DNA of 64,000 nucleotides from Amoebidium appalachense (Eukaryota > Protista > Ichthyosporea): positions 1,984,001-2,048,000 of the forward strand of contig CAVNZM010000012.1 of assembly GCA_963693365.1 (NCBI GenBank), given 5' to 3'. The translations under genes and the position numbers were made by a program. Below the pieces are notes generated by a model that was not told where the DNA came from, did no database searches, and saw only the letters and a list, made by a program, of their open reading frames with translations. Shown piece after piece: positions 23,548 to 33,150 of the stretch; the first letter of the stretch is position 1; every line of letters starts with the position of its first letter.

Positions 23548-23593
23548 GGTGGTTGTTTGCCTTTATTGTAGTTGCACATTTTTTCGCACCGTG

Positions 23594-24352
23594 ATGGTAC
23601 CAGACAACTGGAGAATGATTGTCAACCTGGCTCGAATCTACTTTACGACATGCTGTGCTATCATGTGTGTTGCATTGGTTGCTGCATCCTACGGCACAGT
23701 CACAATGATACCAGAGTTCGCAAAACGTACATGCATGTTTTGGCTCATCATCCTGCCCCTCACAGGTGTGGTCATGTGTCAAGCACAATGGGTGGCGTAT
23801 GCCTGGCTCGACGTGGACACCCACCCTGACGTGGCCGGCCACTGTGTGATGTGGGCGCCCTACTGGCTGGGCTCGTGGCTGTATGTGGCCTCCCCCCTCG
23901 CCTACATGCTGGCAGCAGCGTGCTGGGCCCGATCCATGCGTGTGACGACCACGTTGTTCTTCCCACGGGCCGTGGCGTACATGGTGTGTGCCTCCCTCCT
24001 CCCCCTAAGTGCCCTCTACGGCATGACGTGCGTGTTTGAACCGTCGGTGTTTGGCTACGTGTTTCTTGTGTCGAGGGGCGTGCTGGCGTGTGCCACCCTC
24101 GTCTGTGCACGGTACATGCTCTCCCTGTCCGTGCCCGTGCTCACCAGGAACATTGTGCTGTGCGTGTGCGTGCATGCAGGCCTTGCACTGGCGGGCATTG
24201 TGTTTGACGAGCTCCACTGGAACCTGTTGGAGTTTGGGTTTTTGGAGAACGGGTTTCTGACCACCTTGGGGTACACACTGCTCGCCTGCTGCCTGCTTGC
24301 CCTCTGGTACCTCATACTCTACTGCATGGACGTGCTGGGCCCCTACACGTAG
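23594..24352 (+). CDS. Multi-pass membrane protein, about 7 TM helices, 252 aa
   Basis: Seven hydrophobic stretches by eye; protein identical in both copies. Confidence 0.75.
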   Translation: MVPDNWRMIVNLARIYFTTCCAIMCVALVAASYGTVTMIPEFAKRTCMFWLIILPLTGVVMCQAQWVAYAWLDVDTHPDVAGHCVMWAPYWLGSWLYVASPLAYMLAAACWARSMRVTTTLFFPRAVAYMVCASLLPLSALYGMTCVFEPSVFGYVFLVSRGVLACATLVCARYMLSLSVPVLTRNIVLCVCVHAGLALAGIVFDELHWNLLEFGFLENGFLTTLGYTLLACCLLALWYLILYCMDVLGPYT

Positions 24353-24354
24353 TT

Positions 24355-25716
24355 TTAGGGCATGGTCCATTTTGGCCCGTTGTCCCAGTCACCCACATCC
24401 ACGACGTTGTGGTCGGGCCCGTACTTACCCTGGTTGTTCTTCCAGGCCTCGAGCTCGGCGGCGTAGTTGTCGTAGTCGGTGGCGGCCCGGCGTGCCTTCC
24501 TCTTGCCCATCTTGCCAATGCCCGTGCCTAGCTTCCCTCCGTACCTCTGTGCGAGTTTGCATGCCCCCTTGCCCACGGCAGACACGGCATCACCGACCAC
24601 AGGTATGACCCCCATCAGGTCCATCACACTCTCCACAATGTCCAACGGGCTTGGTTTGAACGTTTCCTCTTCGACGAAGTCTCTCAGCACGGGCACAAAG
24701 TTGATCTCCCTCGGCCTCACCATGAACCACAGGTCGTTTTCCTGCATGCTCTGTGGCACCTTTCCGTTGGGCATGTGTGCACGTATGGTGTTGAGGTACT
24801 GTTTGAGGGCCGAGCCCACCGGTTCCCATAGCTGGTCCACCTCGTCCCAGGGGTCGGGGGAAACGGCTTCGTTGTAGTTTAGACGTAGCACCCGGCTTGT
24901 CACCCTGTACGTGAGCTCCATTTCCGGGTGGGGTAGTGACCCCTTTGGGCCCGAATACACGCTCTTGTTGGTCCCCCCCAAATCACCGACGGCGCTGACG
25001 GTGGTTTCGTATTGAAACATGACGCTGGGAAACTTGTAGTGGACCTTGTGGTCAAGTTTCACGTAGCCCATGCGTGTGGTGGTGTAGTCGTTGGGGCCCC
25101 TGTTGGAGAAGTGCAGGAGGCCCGGCCTGAAGTACCGTGTCTTGGTTGTGCCCGTTATGGTCTCCTGCTCCTGTGCCCACACCCTGCTCTTTATCCAGTT
25201 TGTGAGAACCTTGTCGTCGTAGGGGAACTTTCCGCCCCCGGGCAGGTCGGGGTTGTCCTCGTTGATGTAGTCCATGTGCCAGTCGTTGTTGGTGTCGTGC
25301 AGGTCCGTGTGGTCAACCTCTGTGTTGATGATGGGCACGTCGTGCAGGTACTCGGCCTTCTCGACGACGACCTGGTTGAGCTCGTACAGCTGGCTGCTGT
25401 CTAGGTTGGCGGTGAGCTTGCCGGCAATGTGCTGCTGCAGCGGCTCCCCCCGGGGCACGGTGCCCATGACAATGTCGTACGTCATGAACGGTAAGACCCT
25501 GCTGATGCCCTTCTTGTTGTAGGCGTAGTTGTTGTTGAGGGGGTACGTGTTTGATGATATGACGGCCTCCATGGTTGGGGTGTAGGGCCAAAGGGTGGCG
25601 TGTCTTGCCTCGTCCGTTTCGTTTTCGTAGAAGTTGGTGTACGTGTGGCCATCGTCCTTGTCCTGCCCGTTTATGCCGACATGGTCGAACTTGAAGCATG
25701 CGGTTCGTGCAGACAT
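24355..25716 (-). CDS. Putative virion protein, at least 453 aa (probably the C-terminal part of a longer gene with 25817-26359)
   Basis: Strong codon bias; C-terminal DLMGVIPVVGDAV motif; frame stays open upstream of the ATG. Confidence 0.8.
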   Translation of the reverse strand: MSARTACFKFDHVGINGQDKDDGHTYTNFYENETDEARHATLWPYTPTMEAVISSNTYPLNNNYAYNKKGISRVLPFMTYDIVMGTVPRGEPLQQHIAGKLTANLDSSQLYELNQVVVEKAEYLHDVPIINTEVDHTDLHDTNNDWHMDYINEDNPDLPGGGKFPYDDKVLTNWIKSRVWAQEQETITGTTKTRYFRPGLLHFSNRGPNDYTTTRMGYVKLDHKVHYKFPSVMFQYETTVSAVGDLGGTNKSVYSGPKGSLPHPEMELTYRVTSRVLRLNYNEAVSPDPWDEVDQLWEPVGSALKQYLNTIRAHMPNGKVPQSMQENDLWFMVRPREINFVPVLRDFVEEETFKPSPLDIVESVMDLMGVIPVVGDAVSAVGKGACKLAQRYGGKLGTGIGKMGKRKARRAATDYDNYAAELEAWKNNQGKYGPDHNVVDVGDWDNGPKWTMP

Positions 25717-25816
25717 GGGGTAGTGGTGGGTCTGGAACGTGATGGTCTGTCTCTCCTCGTCCCAGCTCCCAAAGAAGAGGGGGTGCCCATGCTGTGTGGG
25801 GTGTCTGGGTTGCTTA

Positions 25817-26359
25817 TCATGGGAAACTTGGGTAGTCGGGTCGTTCGGGCAGGGCCGTCTTGATCTGTCTGTTTATGGTACGCACCGACGTCCACCCGTC
25901 GGAAAACAGAAAGTTTGGTCGGACCCACATGGAGTAGGGAAATATCGGGTCGGGGGTTAGGCCCTCCAGCCTCAGCAGGCGACGTACAATGTTGTCCTCG
26001 AAGTTCTCCTTGTCGTCCCCCCACAGCACCTTTACTATAGTGTCCAAGGTTTCCTTCATGGTGTCGTAGACGGTGTGCTCGTCCCAGTTCTTGACCATAC
26101 CCTTTTCCAACAGCACCACCCTCCTCTCCAGGTCGTCCAGCCGGTCGGTCACCTCCGCCACGGGCATGAAGGTACCGGCCCCCACCTCGTCCACCTTCAA
26201 GAAGGCAGGCCCCCCTCGGGGGAGGGTTTTGGGCAGCTCGAGGACGTAGCTGTCGTGCCCGTGCCCGCTCGAATCGGGTCGGATGCCGACGTAGTAGTCT
26301 GCGCTCTTCGGGCCCACCAGGGAGAGCCCCTGGGCAACGTGCCACGCTAAAGCGCTCAT
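25817..26359 (-). CDS. Fiber-like N-terminal module plus coiled coil, 180 aa
   Basis: WHVAQGLSL...YYVGI...DSYVLELP followed by heptads VTDRLDDLERRVVLLE. Confidence 0.75.
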   Translation of the reverse strand: MSALAWHVAQGLSLVGPKSADYYVGIRPDSSGHGHDSYVLELPKTLPRGGPAFLKVDEVGAGTFMPVAEVTDRLDDLERRVVLLEKGMVKNWDEHTVYDTMKETLDTIVKVLWGDDKENFEDNIVRRLLRLEGLTPDPIFPYSMWVRPNFLFSDGWTSVRTINRQIKTALPERPDYPSFP

Positions 26360-26377
26360 GGTGGGTTTACTAGTGTG

Positions 26378-27859
26378 TTAGAAATAATTTTGCGTCCCCC
26401 ATTCAAGGTCTGCATAGTAGGTGGGAGGGTGGGTGACTATGTTGGTGCGGGGAATGCTGGCCTTGTCCTTGTAGTCGGTAAACCGTGGGTACTTTGCCAA
26501 CACCAGCACGTCAAAGTTGTTGTAGCCGGCAACGCTTGCATAGCTCTCTGTGTCGGTCTGGAAGAGCTTTGTCAGCCTTACCTTGAGCTTGAACCGAAAG
26601 TCATCCCCTGTGGGAACAACGGCCCCCTCCAACATGCCGGAGCCTAGCGCAAACGGGTAGATGTTGTTTATGTCCCACGGGGACACGCACGACATGGGTA
26701 GGGAGCCCACGTGGGTGACATACTTGCGTACACCGTTGGTCCCTAGTGTCCAGAAGTAGACAATCACTATGAGTTCGGCCCCCGGCGATGATATGCACTG
26801 GGGTTTAATGACTGGCTCGTACGTTGACCTGTATATGCTGATCGTGTCCTCCCATGCAGCCTTTCCGGCAACGTTCCACCCCTGGGCGGCAGCATGGTGT
26901 ACTTTCACCGTCAGGTAGGCCGGGCCCGTGCGCCGGCTCCCGTACGTGTTGCTGAGCAGCATGCCCTCGCCGGCCGGTGGCATACGGGGTTTGATGGTAC
27001 CCATGTCTGTGGTCAGGGTAGCCACGGTCGTGTCGTGGAGATTCACGAGCGTGTTGAGCCGGTTGACGTCGAGGCCAAGTGTCGTGCTACTACTCTTCAG
27101 ACCGGCAATGTCCGTGTTCTGTGTCGTGTTGACCGTCACTGCACCGTTGGCCGTGTTGAGGGCATTGGTGGCTTTCGCCTCCACGGCCGTCAGCCGGGCG
27201 TCGAGGGACCCTGTGGTAGTTTTGAGGCCGGCAATGTCGTTTGTCTGCGTGGTGTTGACCGTCACTGCACCGTTGGCCGTGTTGAGGGCGGTGGTGGCCT
27301 TGCCCTCCACTGCCGTCAGCCTCGTGTCCAGGCTCCCCGTGGTGGTCTTGAGGCCGGCAATGTCCGTGTTCTGTGTGGTGTTGACCGTCACTGCGCCGTT
27401 GGCCGTGTTGAGGGCGGTGGTGGCCTTGCCCTCCACTACCGTCAGCCTCGTGTCCAGACCTCCTGCCGTGGTTTTGAGCCCGACAATGTCCGTGTTCTGC
27501 ATGGTGTTCACACCCTCCACGGCCGTCATTCGGGTACCCAGACCTTCCGTTGTGGTTTTGAGACCGGCAATGTCCGTGTCCTGTGTGGTGTTTACTTCTT
27601 CTACGGTAGCCACCCTGGCCCCCAGTGCCTGCACGGTTGCATCGGACGGCACGTCGGCAGCGTCCACAAACGACATGTTGCCGTTGGGGTCACATGCCAT
27701 GTAGGCAAATGTAGCCGGCCCGGTCAAGGGCAATGTCAGATCGTATGCATCGTGTTTGTGGCCTGTTGTGTTGGCCACCACCCCCACGTAGTAGCCGTCT
27801 TTTCGTCGGTTCGTGAGTGCAAGCCCGTCAGCCACGGTCCAGTTGAGTGATTTGGGCAT
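26378..27859 (-). CDS. Putative fiber/spike protein (N-terminal module, coiled-coil shaft, C-terminal head), 493 aa
   Basis: 28-aa and 42-aa (126-bp) heptad-multiple repeats TTQNTDIAGLKTTTGSLDTRLTAVEGK; divergently adjacent to the minor capsid gene. Confidence 0.8.
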   Translation of the reverse strand: MPKSLNWTVADGLALTNRRKDGYYVGVVANTTGHKHDAYDLTLPLTGPATFAYMACDPNGNMSFVDAADVPSDATVQALGARVATVEEVNTTQDTDIAGLKTTTEGLGTRMTAVEGVNTMQNTDIVGLKTTAGGLDTRLTVVEGKATTALNTANGAVTVNTTQNTDIAGLKTTTGSLDTRLTAVEGKATTALNTANGAVTVNTTQTNDIAGLKTTTGSLDARLTAVEAKATNALNTANGAVTVNTTQNTDIAGLKSSSTTLGLDVNRLNTLVNLHDTTVATLTTDMGTIKPRMPPAGEGMLLSNTYGSRRTGPAYLTVKVHHAAAQGWNVAGKAAWEDTISIYRSTYEPVIKPQCISSPGAELIVIVYFWTLGTNGVRKYVTHVGSLPMSCVSPWDINNIYPFALGSGMLEGAVVPTGDDFRFKLKVRLTKLFQTDTESYASVAGYNNFDVLVLAKYPRFTDYKDKASIPRTNIVTHPPTYYADLEWGTQNYF

Positions 27860-27939
27860 GGTTGCACAAGTGTGCACGTTACTACATGACGTTGAATTTT
27901 TGTACGGTGTTTATAACGGTATGTGTGCCCACTACCACC

Positions 27940-28998
27940 ATGGACCAAGCCCCAACACACCTCGTAGTCATGCAACACGTCGGTGACTTTGTGCAAGGCC
28001 AGAAGGACCCAGCCCCTGTGGAAATGAAGGCCATGCTGTCTCCCCCGATAGGGTTCCAGCAGAACACGTCGTTGGGGGTCAAGTGGGTGAGCACCATGAC
28101 CACCCCCACCACCTTCTACTACCCGTACCCCCGTGACGAGTGCTATGTCAACATGGCCCGCCAGCTCCCGACCCCGGGAGGGGGGTGGGGCTCACCCACC
28201 GACATCCAGCGCCTGTACTTTGAAGCCACACCCGACGAGTTGCAAATCGAACCTGGCAAGAAGGTGTGGCGTACCATTCCCCTGTGGGAGTTAGGGGTGA
28301 GCCCGACGGGTGCCTTTGTGGGTCGTGGGAGCAGCAACGAGTTATCCAGAGACCTGGCGAGTACTGAAAACGTCTTTGGGTCGTATATGGGGTATTGGTT
28401 GCAGTTCCTGCTGGATAGGTACCTTACGAGCGTACTTGGCAACGACAAACCTGCCGACGGGGAAGTGGAGTTGAGCTACGACGAGAAGACCGGTCGGATT
28501 AAGTTCGTAAACCGTGCACCCGATACCAGGTACCTCATGTGGTTCGACTCGCCGGTGGTGGCTGCTGCAGCCGGTATGAACGTGGGGGATAGCCTGGTTA
28601 GCTCAAAGCCCGGCAGGGACGAGACCACGGCCCCTAATGTTGGGTGTTTCCCCACCCACTTCCTCCTCGAGCTTCACGGTGTGAACTCAGAGTCGTCCGT
28701 GAGTATAGCCAACGCCGACGTCAAGTTTCAGTCCTCCTACCCCAGCAAGGACGTGCTGGCCGTCATTCCTGCCTTTCCCAACATCACCGTCCCGTTCTTT
28801 GACAACGGGGCAGTCATCGAGCTACCACTCGACGTCAGCACGCACATCAACTCTCTCACAGTGAGGCTGGTGAGCTGTTACGGCAACGTTGTACGGATGA
28901 GAGGTGACGTGACCTTTTTATTGTGCCTGAGGCGTATTCCCAGACCCACAGGGTCCACGGTCGTCCGACCCATGAGCAAGCCACAACGGTTCGGCTAG
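27940..28998 (+). CDS. Minor capsid (penton) protein, 352 aa
   Basis: DVLAVIP and C-terminal INSLTVRLVSCYGNVVRMRGDVTFLLCLRR match the Polinton/PLV penton pattern. Confidence 0.8.
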   Translation: MDQAPTHLVVMQHVGDFVQGQKDPAPVEMKAMLSPPIGFQQNTSLGVKWVSTMTTPTTFYYPYPRDECYVNMARQLPTPGGGWGSPTDIQRLYFEATPDELQIEPGKKVWRTIPLWELGVSPTGAFVGRGSSNELSRDLASTENVFGSYMGYWLQFLLDRYLTSVLGNDKPADGEVELSYDEKTGRIKFVNRAPDTRYLMWFDSPVVAAAAGMNVGDSLVSSKPGRDETTAPNVGCFPTHFLLELHGVNSESSVSIANADVKFQSSYPSKDVLAVIPAFPNITVPFFDNGAVIELPLDVSTHINSLTVRLVSCYGNVVRMRGDVTFLLCLRRIPRPTGSTVVRPMSKPQRFG

Positions 28999-29044
28999 GT
29001 GTTGCATATTTTCACCACCACTCAATGAAGACATTACTACCACC

Positions 29045-29284
29045 ATGAATTTTCAACAAGGCACGGGCTATACCAACGACTCCGAGTACTGGCGACCGCC
29101 ACGGCCGGACCGAACGGCAGCACCACGCAACCACACCCTTATTGTCCACCCCAACGAGCACTGGGATAGGTTTCAGACGGTGTTGAACATTGGTCGTGCT
29201 GCCCAAAACGTGGCCTACGTCGGCAGCAACATCAACTACATGCAGAGGTCCTTCAGGCGGGGTGGGGGTCGGTCGTACCCCTAG
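29045..29284 (+). CDS. Small hypothetical protein, 79 aa
   Basis: CACCATG start; identical in copy A. Confidence 0.55.
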   Translation: MNFQQGTGYTNDSEYWRPPRPDRTAAPRNHTLIVHPNEHWDRFQTVLNIGRAAQNVAYVGSNINYMQRSFRRGGGRSYP

Positions 29285-29574
29285 ATGTTGGTCTCCCCCT
29301 CCTGTTTCTGTATGTGGGCAAGCATGCGGGCATCCAGCTGGGCCTCGTACTCCAGCACCTTCCTCAGCTCCTCCTGCCGGTCCACCGGCACCTTCTTCTT
29401 CAACTGCCGGAACTTTTTCTCGATTTTGTTTTCGGGCTTCTTCCCTTCCGTGTTGCCGGCCGGGTCAAACTGTTTGTCGGTGCCGTGGCGTATGTAGAAC
29501 TGCAAGTAGTCGTCAAAGGTGAAGGGTGACGAGTATGCCGACGGCAAATTCTTCATGTTCTTCGGGGTGGCCAT
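29281..29574 (-). CDS. Small hypothetical protein, about 97 aa
   Basis: Charged helical ORF; conserved in copy A. Confidence 0.6.
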   Translation of the reverse strand: MATPKNMKNLPSAYSSPFTFDDYLQFYIRHGTDKQFDPAGNTEGKKPENKIEKKFRQLKKKVPVDRQEELRKVLEYEAQLDARMLAHIQKQEGETNI

Positions 29575-29615
29575 GCCTGCATGTAGCCTAGCTACTAGTG
29601 GTATGTGTGAATTTT

Positions 29616-30239
29616 TCACCACGAGATGAGGTTGGCAATGTGGTCACTGTAACTACGCTGCGGGGGAGGGGGCTGCTGTGATGCTGCCTGTGTGTGGTAC
29701 GTGCCGTAGCCCGTGTGGGGCATGCTGTGACGTATCGGTGGAGGCCCGAAGCTGCCCGGTGCACCCATGGGGTGTGGGGGTGGGGGTGGGGGCACGTAAT
29801 AGTGCTCATAGTACGGGTTGTACGGGTTGTCATACCCGTCACTCTCCTCGTAGCTGTCCTCCTCTTCATAGGTCACCCGTGCCAAGGGCTTTCGTGGGGC
29901 CTTCTTCTGCTTTGGCCGGGGGGCCTTTGGGGGTGCTACCAGTACCGGTGCTGCTGCTGGGGGTGGGGGGTCGGCTGGGCGGGTCTCCAGCACCTGCAGC
30001 TTCTGCTCAAGTTCACGGATATAGTCCTTGTTCCTACGCATGCGTTCCACCCTTGTGCTCCTACCCTTCTCCAAGGCCTCCAGCTGCCGTGCTGTGGGTT
30101 GCCGTTTGGCCCTTGCCGCGTTGCCGGCTTCCAGCACCATGGGGTCCACACCCATACCGGTGTTGGTGGTTTCGTTGGACACCGGTTGGTCGGCCTCACC
30201 GTCCGACATGCGCTCGATTTGGTTCTCGTCGGTTGACAT
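29616..30239 (-). CDS. Hypothetical protein with coiled coil and Pro/Tyr-rich tail, 207 aa
   Basis: KRQPTARQLEALEKGR motif; copy A has a nonsense codon. Confidence 0.7.
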   Translation of the reverse strand: MSTDENQIERMSDGEADQPVSNETTNTGMGVDPMVLEAGNAARAKRQPTARQLEALEKGRSTRVERMRRNKDYIRELEQKLQVLETRPADPPPPAAAPVLVAPPKAPRPKQKKAPRKPLARVTYEEEDSYEESDGYDNPYNPYYEHYYVPPPPPPHPMGAPGSFGPPPIRHSMPHTGYGTYHTQAASQQPPPPQRSYSDHIANLISW

Positions 30240-30332
30240 TGTTGGTGTTACCAATAGGGACACATTTTTTCCAACGTTGGGCGTACATACGTCCAAAAAA
30301 TGTGTGCCCACTATCAAACACGGTCAACCAAC

Positions 30333-30569
30333 ATGGTCGGCACAACGTCCAAGAGCGCGTCCGACACGGATGCCGAGCCGTGGCAGCACGCGTGCGACTT
30401 CTGTGGGCACTGGTTCCGGTGTGCCACGCAGGAGGAGGGGCCAGGCTGTGACTTTGACTGTGGGTGCACCATGACGTGGCTGGGGGACGAGCCTACGTAC
30501 CTCTGCAGTTTCAAGTGCCTCGACGAGTTTACCGTCTACAACGTGCAGATCGACAGCTGCCGTCATTAA
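30333..30569 (+). CDS. Small Cys-rich (zinc-finger-like) protein, 78 aa
   Basis: CDFC...CDFDCGC...CSFKC; conserved in copy A. Confidence 0.6.
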   Translation: MVGTTSKSASDTDAEPWQHACDFCGHWFRCATQEEGPGCDFDCGCTMTWLGDEPTYLCSFKCLDEFTVYNVQIDSCRH

Positions 30570-30597
30570 TTTTAGCCACCCTACACTGAGTGACACC

Positions 30598-31341
30598 ATG
30601 CACCCTACCCCACCCATAGCCGTCAACCCCTTGCCGGCACCACTGTCGGTGGAGCACATTCCGATGACGTGTGACACCAAACTGAACGTGCCCTACCCCC
30701 TCATGGACAACGTGTTCTTCTTTTTGCTTATTGGCCAGCCTGGTTCTGGCAAGTCCAACCTGCTCGTCAACCTCATTGCCCGGGAGGGCGAGTTCTACAA
30801 TAAACAGTTTGACCGTGTGTACATTTTCAGCCCGAGCATGCACACCCTCGGCACGGCCCTGAAAATTCCCAAGGCCCGCCTGCACCAGGACGTCACCTTC
30901 CTCCCCGAGATTCTCAAACTGTCCCTCCAACACAAGAAGGTCAACCCAAATTACCGGATGTTGTTGGTGTTCGACGACATGTCCCATATTTTCCGAAAAT
31001 CCGGCAACCTCCGTGAATTTGTACGTATGGCACAGAACCGACGACACATTGGTGTGTCGGTGATGATGGTGGGGCAGAAATTGAACAAGATCCCCCTTGA
31101 GCTACGTAGCCAGGCCGATGCCTTGGCCTATTTTAAGAACACCAACAACACCGAGCTCAAGGTGTTGAGGGACGAGTTCTTGCCGGCCCTCGAAACCCCC
31201 CAGTTTTTCGAGCTCATGGACACGGTCTACCGGGACAAGCACGTCTTTCTTTTTATCCGGCTGAACGAGGGTCGGATGTTTCGCAATTTTGAGGAGGAGG
31301 TGGTGCTCGGCACGAATGAAAAAAATGTCGACCATGTGTAA
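30598..31341 (+). CDS. A32/FtsK-like genome packaging ATPase
   Basis: Walker A GQPGSGKS, Walker B LLVFDD, arginine finger and sensor NRRHIGVSVMMVGQ. Confidence 0.95.
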   Translation: MHPTPPIAVNPLPAPLSVEHIPMTCDTKLNVPYPLMDNVFFFLLIGQPGSGKSNLLVNLIAREGEFYNKQFDRVYIFSPSMHTLGTALKIPKARLHQDVTFLPEILKLSLQHKKVNPNYRMLLVFDDMSHIFRKSGNLREFVRMAQNRRHIGVSVMMVGQKLNKIPLELRSQADALAYFKNTNNTELKVLRDEFLPALETPQFFELMDTVYRDKHVFLFIRLNEGRMFRNFEEEVVLGTNEKNVDHV

Positions 31342-31353
31342 CACACCGGCAAC

Positions 31354-33102
31354 ATGGCAGCCCCCTACGACGCCTCCGTGCCCCTCAACCTGGCCTACCA
31401 CAAGCTGACGGACGCCGGCACCTACTCACCTGTCGAGCTCAGCCACATTAACCGCCGATCGACCGTCAAGACCTATCCGGTGACCGGCTCGACGTACAGC
31501 TCCAAGGGGCAGCGTGTGATTCGATTCTCCCTGCCTGCCGTGGGCTTCCTGGACTGTCTCAACAGCTACATGACGTTCCAGTTCAAGGCCAACGTCCCCA
31601 ACGCCCCCGAGAACGTGGGTGTCAAGGTGGAGAGACTGCGGAAGTTCCCCCTCCCTGACCAGCTCGACCACCCCATCAGCAACAACCAGGACACTGTCGG
31701 CTATGAGGGTACCACTGTGCCCCAGACCGGGACGGCTGATTCTGACACCCTCAATCCGGCGGCTGTTGCCAGTAAGGACATTTTCCCTCTCAAGGTCCGT
31801 AACCTGGAGGGTATGGCTATGATGGGTGGTCACCTGTGCTCCTCGGCTGCCCCCTTTGACCGTGCCCGCGTGTCCATCAACGGCACTACCGTGGAGGACA
31901 TTTCTGGGTACAACCACCTCATGATCAACCTTGAACGCTTCCTGTCGTCGGCCGACTACGGCAACTGCCCTGCCGGCCGCATGCATGGCACCTACGGGCC
32001 CCAGGACGACGACTGGGAGTACGCAGACAAGTGGAATACGGCTGTCGATAGTAAATACGCTCTCTTCAACCCCGACCCGCTCAAGAGGCTGTTTGGCATT
32101 GAAAAGCTCAAGGACGTAGCCCCCCTTGCCAATGACACCTTGATACCCACACCCGCCGAGGCCGACAGTGTACCCGGCAAGGACCGCATTACAGACGGCA
32201 AGTACCTCGACTACACCAAGAAGGTGGCCAAGTGGCCACCCCAGCAGGTCAACGTTCAGGCCCAGATCGATGCCACTGACGGGTTCACCTACATTCATCA
32301 GCTCAAGCTCGGCCTCATGCGTTCCGGCAGGTACCTGCCCCTGTCATACATGGGGGAGGTACAGATCGAGCTGTCGCTGGGGGAGGCCAACCAGGTGCTG
32401 TACGTGCCCACCGAGAACGCGGAATGGGTGAAGGACGTGTCCTACGAGATTATCAACCCCGTCTTCCACTGTGAAATTATTGAGTGGAACGCCGTGTACA
32501 CGGCCGGCTTTGAGAAGGCTCTGATGGAGAAGAACGTGTATATTCCATACAGCACGTTCACCCATTTCCAGAGCTACGTCAAGGGGGGCAGTCCTGCCGA
32601 CCTGCACATTTCGTTCCGGGGGCGGAACGTCAAGTCCCTGCTGTCCCTGGTGAGGAGTGGCAACGACTGGGCCCAAGCAAACAGCGAGACGTTCAGGTCC
32701 AAGCGTAGTAACATCACCAGCTACCAGATCAAGATAGGACCCTACCAGAAGCCCCTCGACGAGATTCGAGTGTCCTCGAACAACTGTGCCGAGGCATGGG
32801 CGGAGTTGGCCAAGGCCCTGTACTTCTTGGGTGACGTCACGGCCGACTGCATGTACAACAGCACTGCCTGGCCGGATAAACAGTTCATGATTGCCCTTGA
32901 CCTGGAGAGGGACCGTGACCTGTACTCTGGCCTCGACACCAGCTCCGATGCTACCCCCATTCTGCTGCACCTCAACACGGAGAAGTTCACCAGCGGTACC
33001 TCCAGAGCCAACGAGTACGACGACCTGACCCTTGACACGTTTGTGCACCATGAAAACGTGCTTGTGCTGTCTGGTGCCCGTGAGGTGACGGTGGAGGCCT
33101 AG
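31354..33102 (+). CDS. Major capsid protein (double jelly-roll, Polinton/PLV-like), 582 aa
   Basis: VIRFSLP..GFLDCLNSYMTFQF, FDRARVSINGTTVEDISGYNHL, RYLPLSYMGEVQIELSL and FMIALDLE; directly follows the ATPase. Confidence 0.88.
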   Translation: MAAPYDASVPLNLAYHKLTDAGTYSPVELSHINRRSTVKTYPVTGSTYSSKGQRVIRFSLPAVGFLDCLNSYMTFQFKANVPNAPENVGVKVERLRKFPLPDQLDHPISNNQDTVGYEGTTVPQTGTADSDTLNPAAVASKDIFPLKVRNLEGMAMMGGHLCSSAAPFDRARVSINGTTVEDISGYNHLMINLERFLSSADYGNCPAGRMHGTYGPQDDDWEYADKWNTAVDSKYALFNPDPLKRLFGIEKLKDVAPLANDTLIPTPAEADSVPGKDRITDGKYLDYTKKVAKWPPQQVNVQAQIDATDGFTYIHQLKLGLMRSGRYLPLSYMGEVQIELSLGEANQVLYVPTENAEWVKDVSYEIINPVFHCEIIEWNAVYTAGFEKALMEKNVYIPYSTFTHFQSYVKGGSPADLHISFRGRNVKSLLSLVRSGNDWAQANSETFRSKRSNITSYQIKIGPYQKPLDEIRVSSNNCAEAWAELAKALYFLGDVTADCMYNSTAWPDKQFMIALDLERDRDLYSGLDTSSDATPILLHLNTEKFTSGTSRANEYDDLTLDTFVHHENVLVLSGAREVTVEA

Positions 33103-33150
33103 AGTGCTAAATTGTGTCTGGCTATATAAAAACAAGCACACACGGCAAAC

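Noticed and set aside
23594-24352. Viral rhodopsin
   Set aside because: No retinal-binding Lys or DxxxK motif in the seventh helix.
26378-27240. Diversity-generating retroelement (RT nearby plus variable fiber tip)
   Set aside because: No template/variable repeat pair or adenine-specific changes. The RTs are ordinary LINE and Gypsy types, and divergence spans the whole head.
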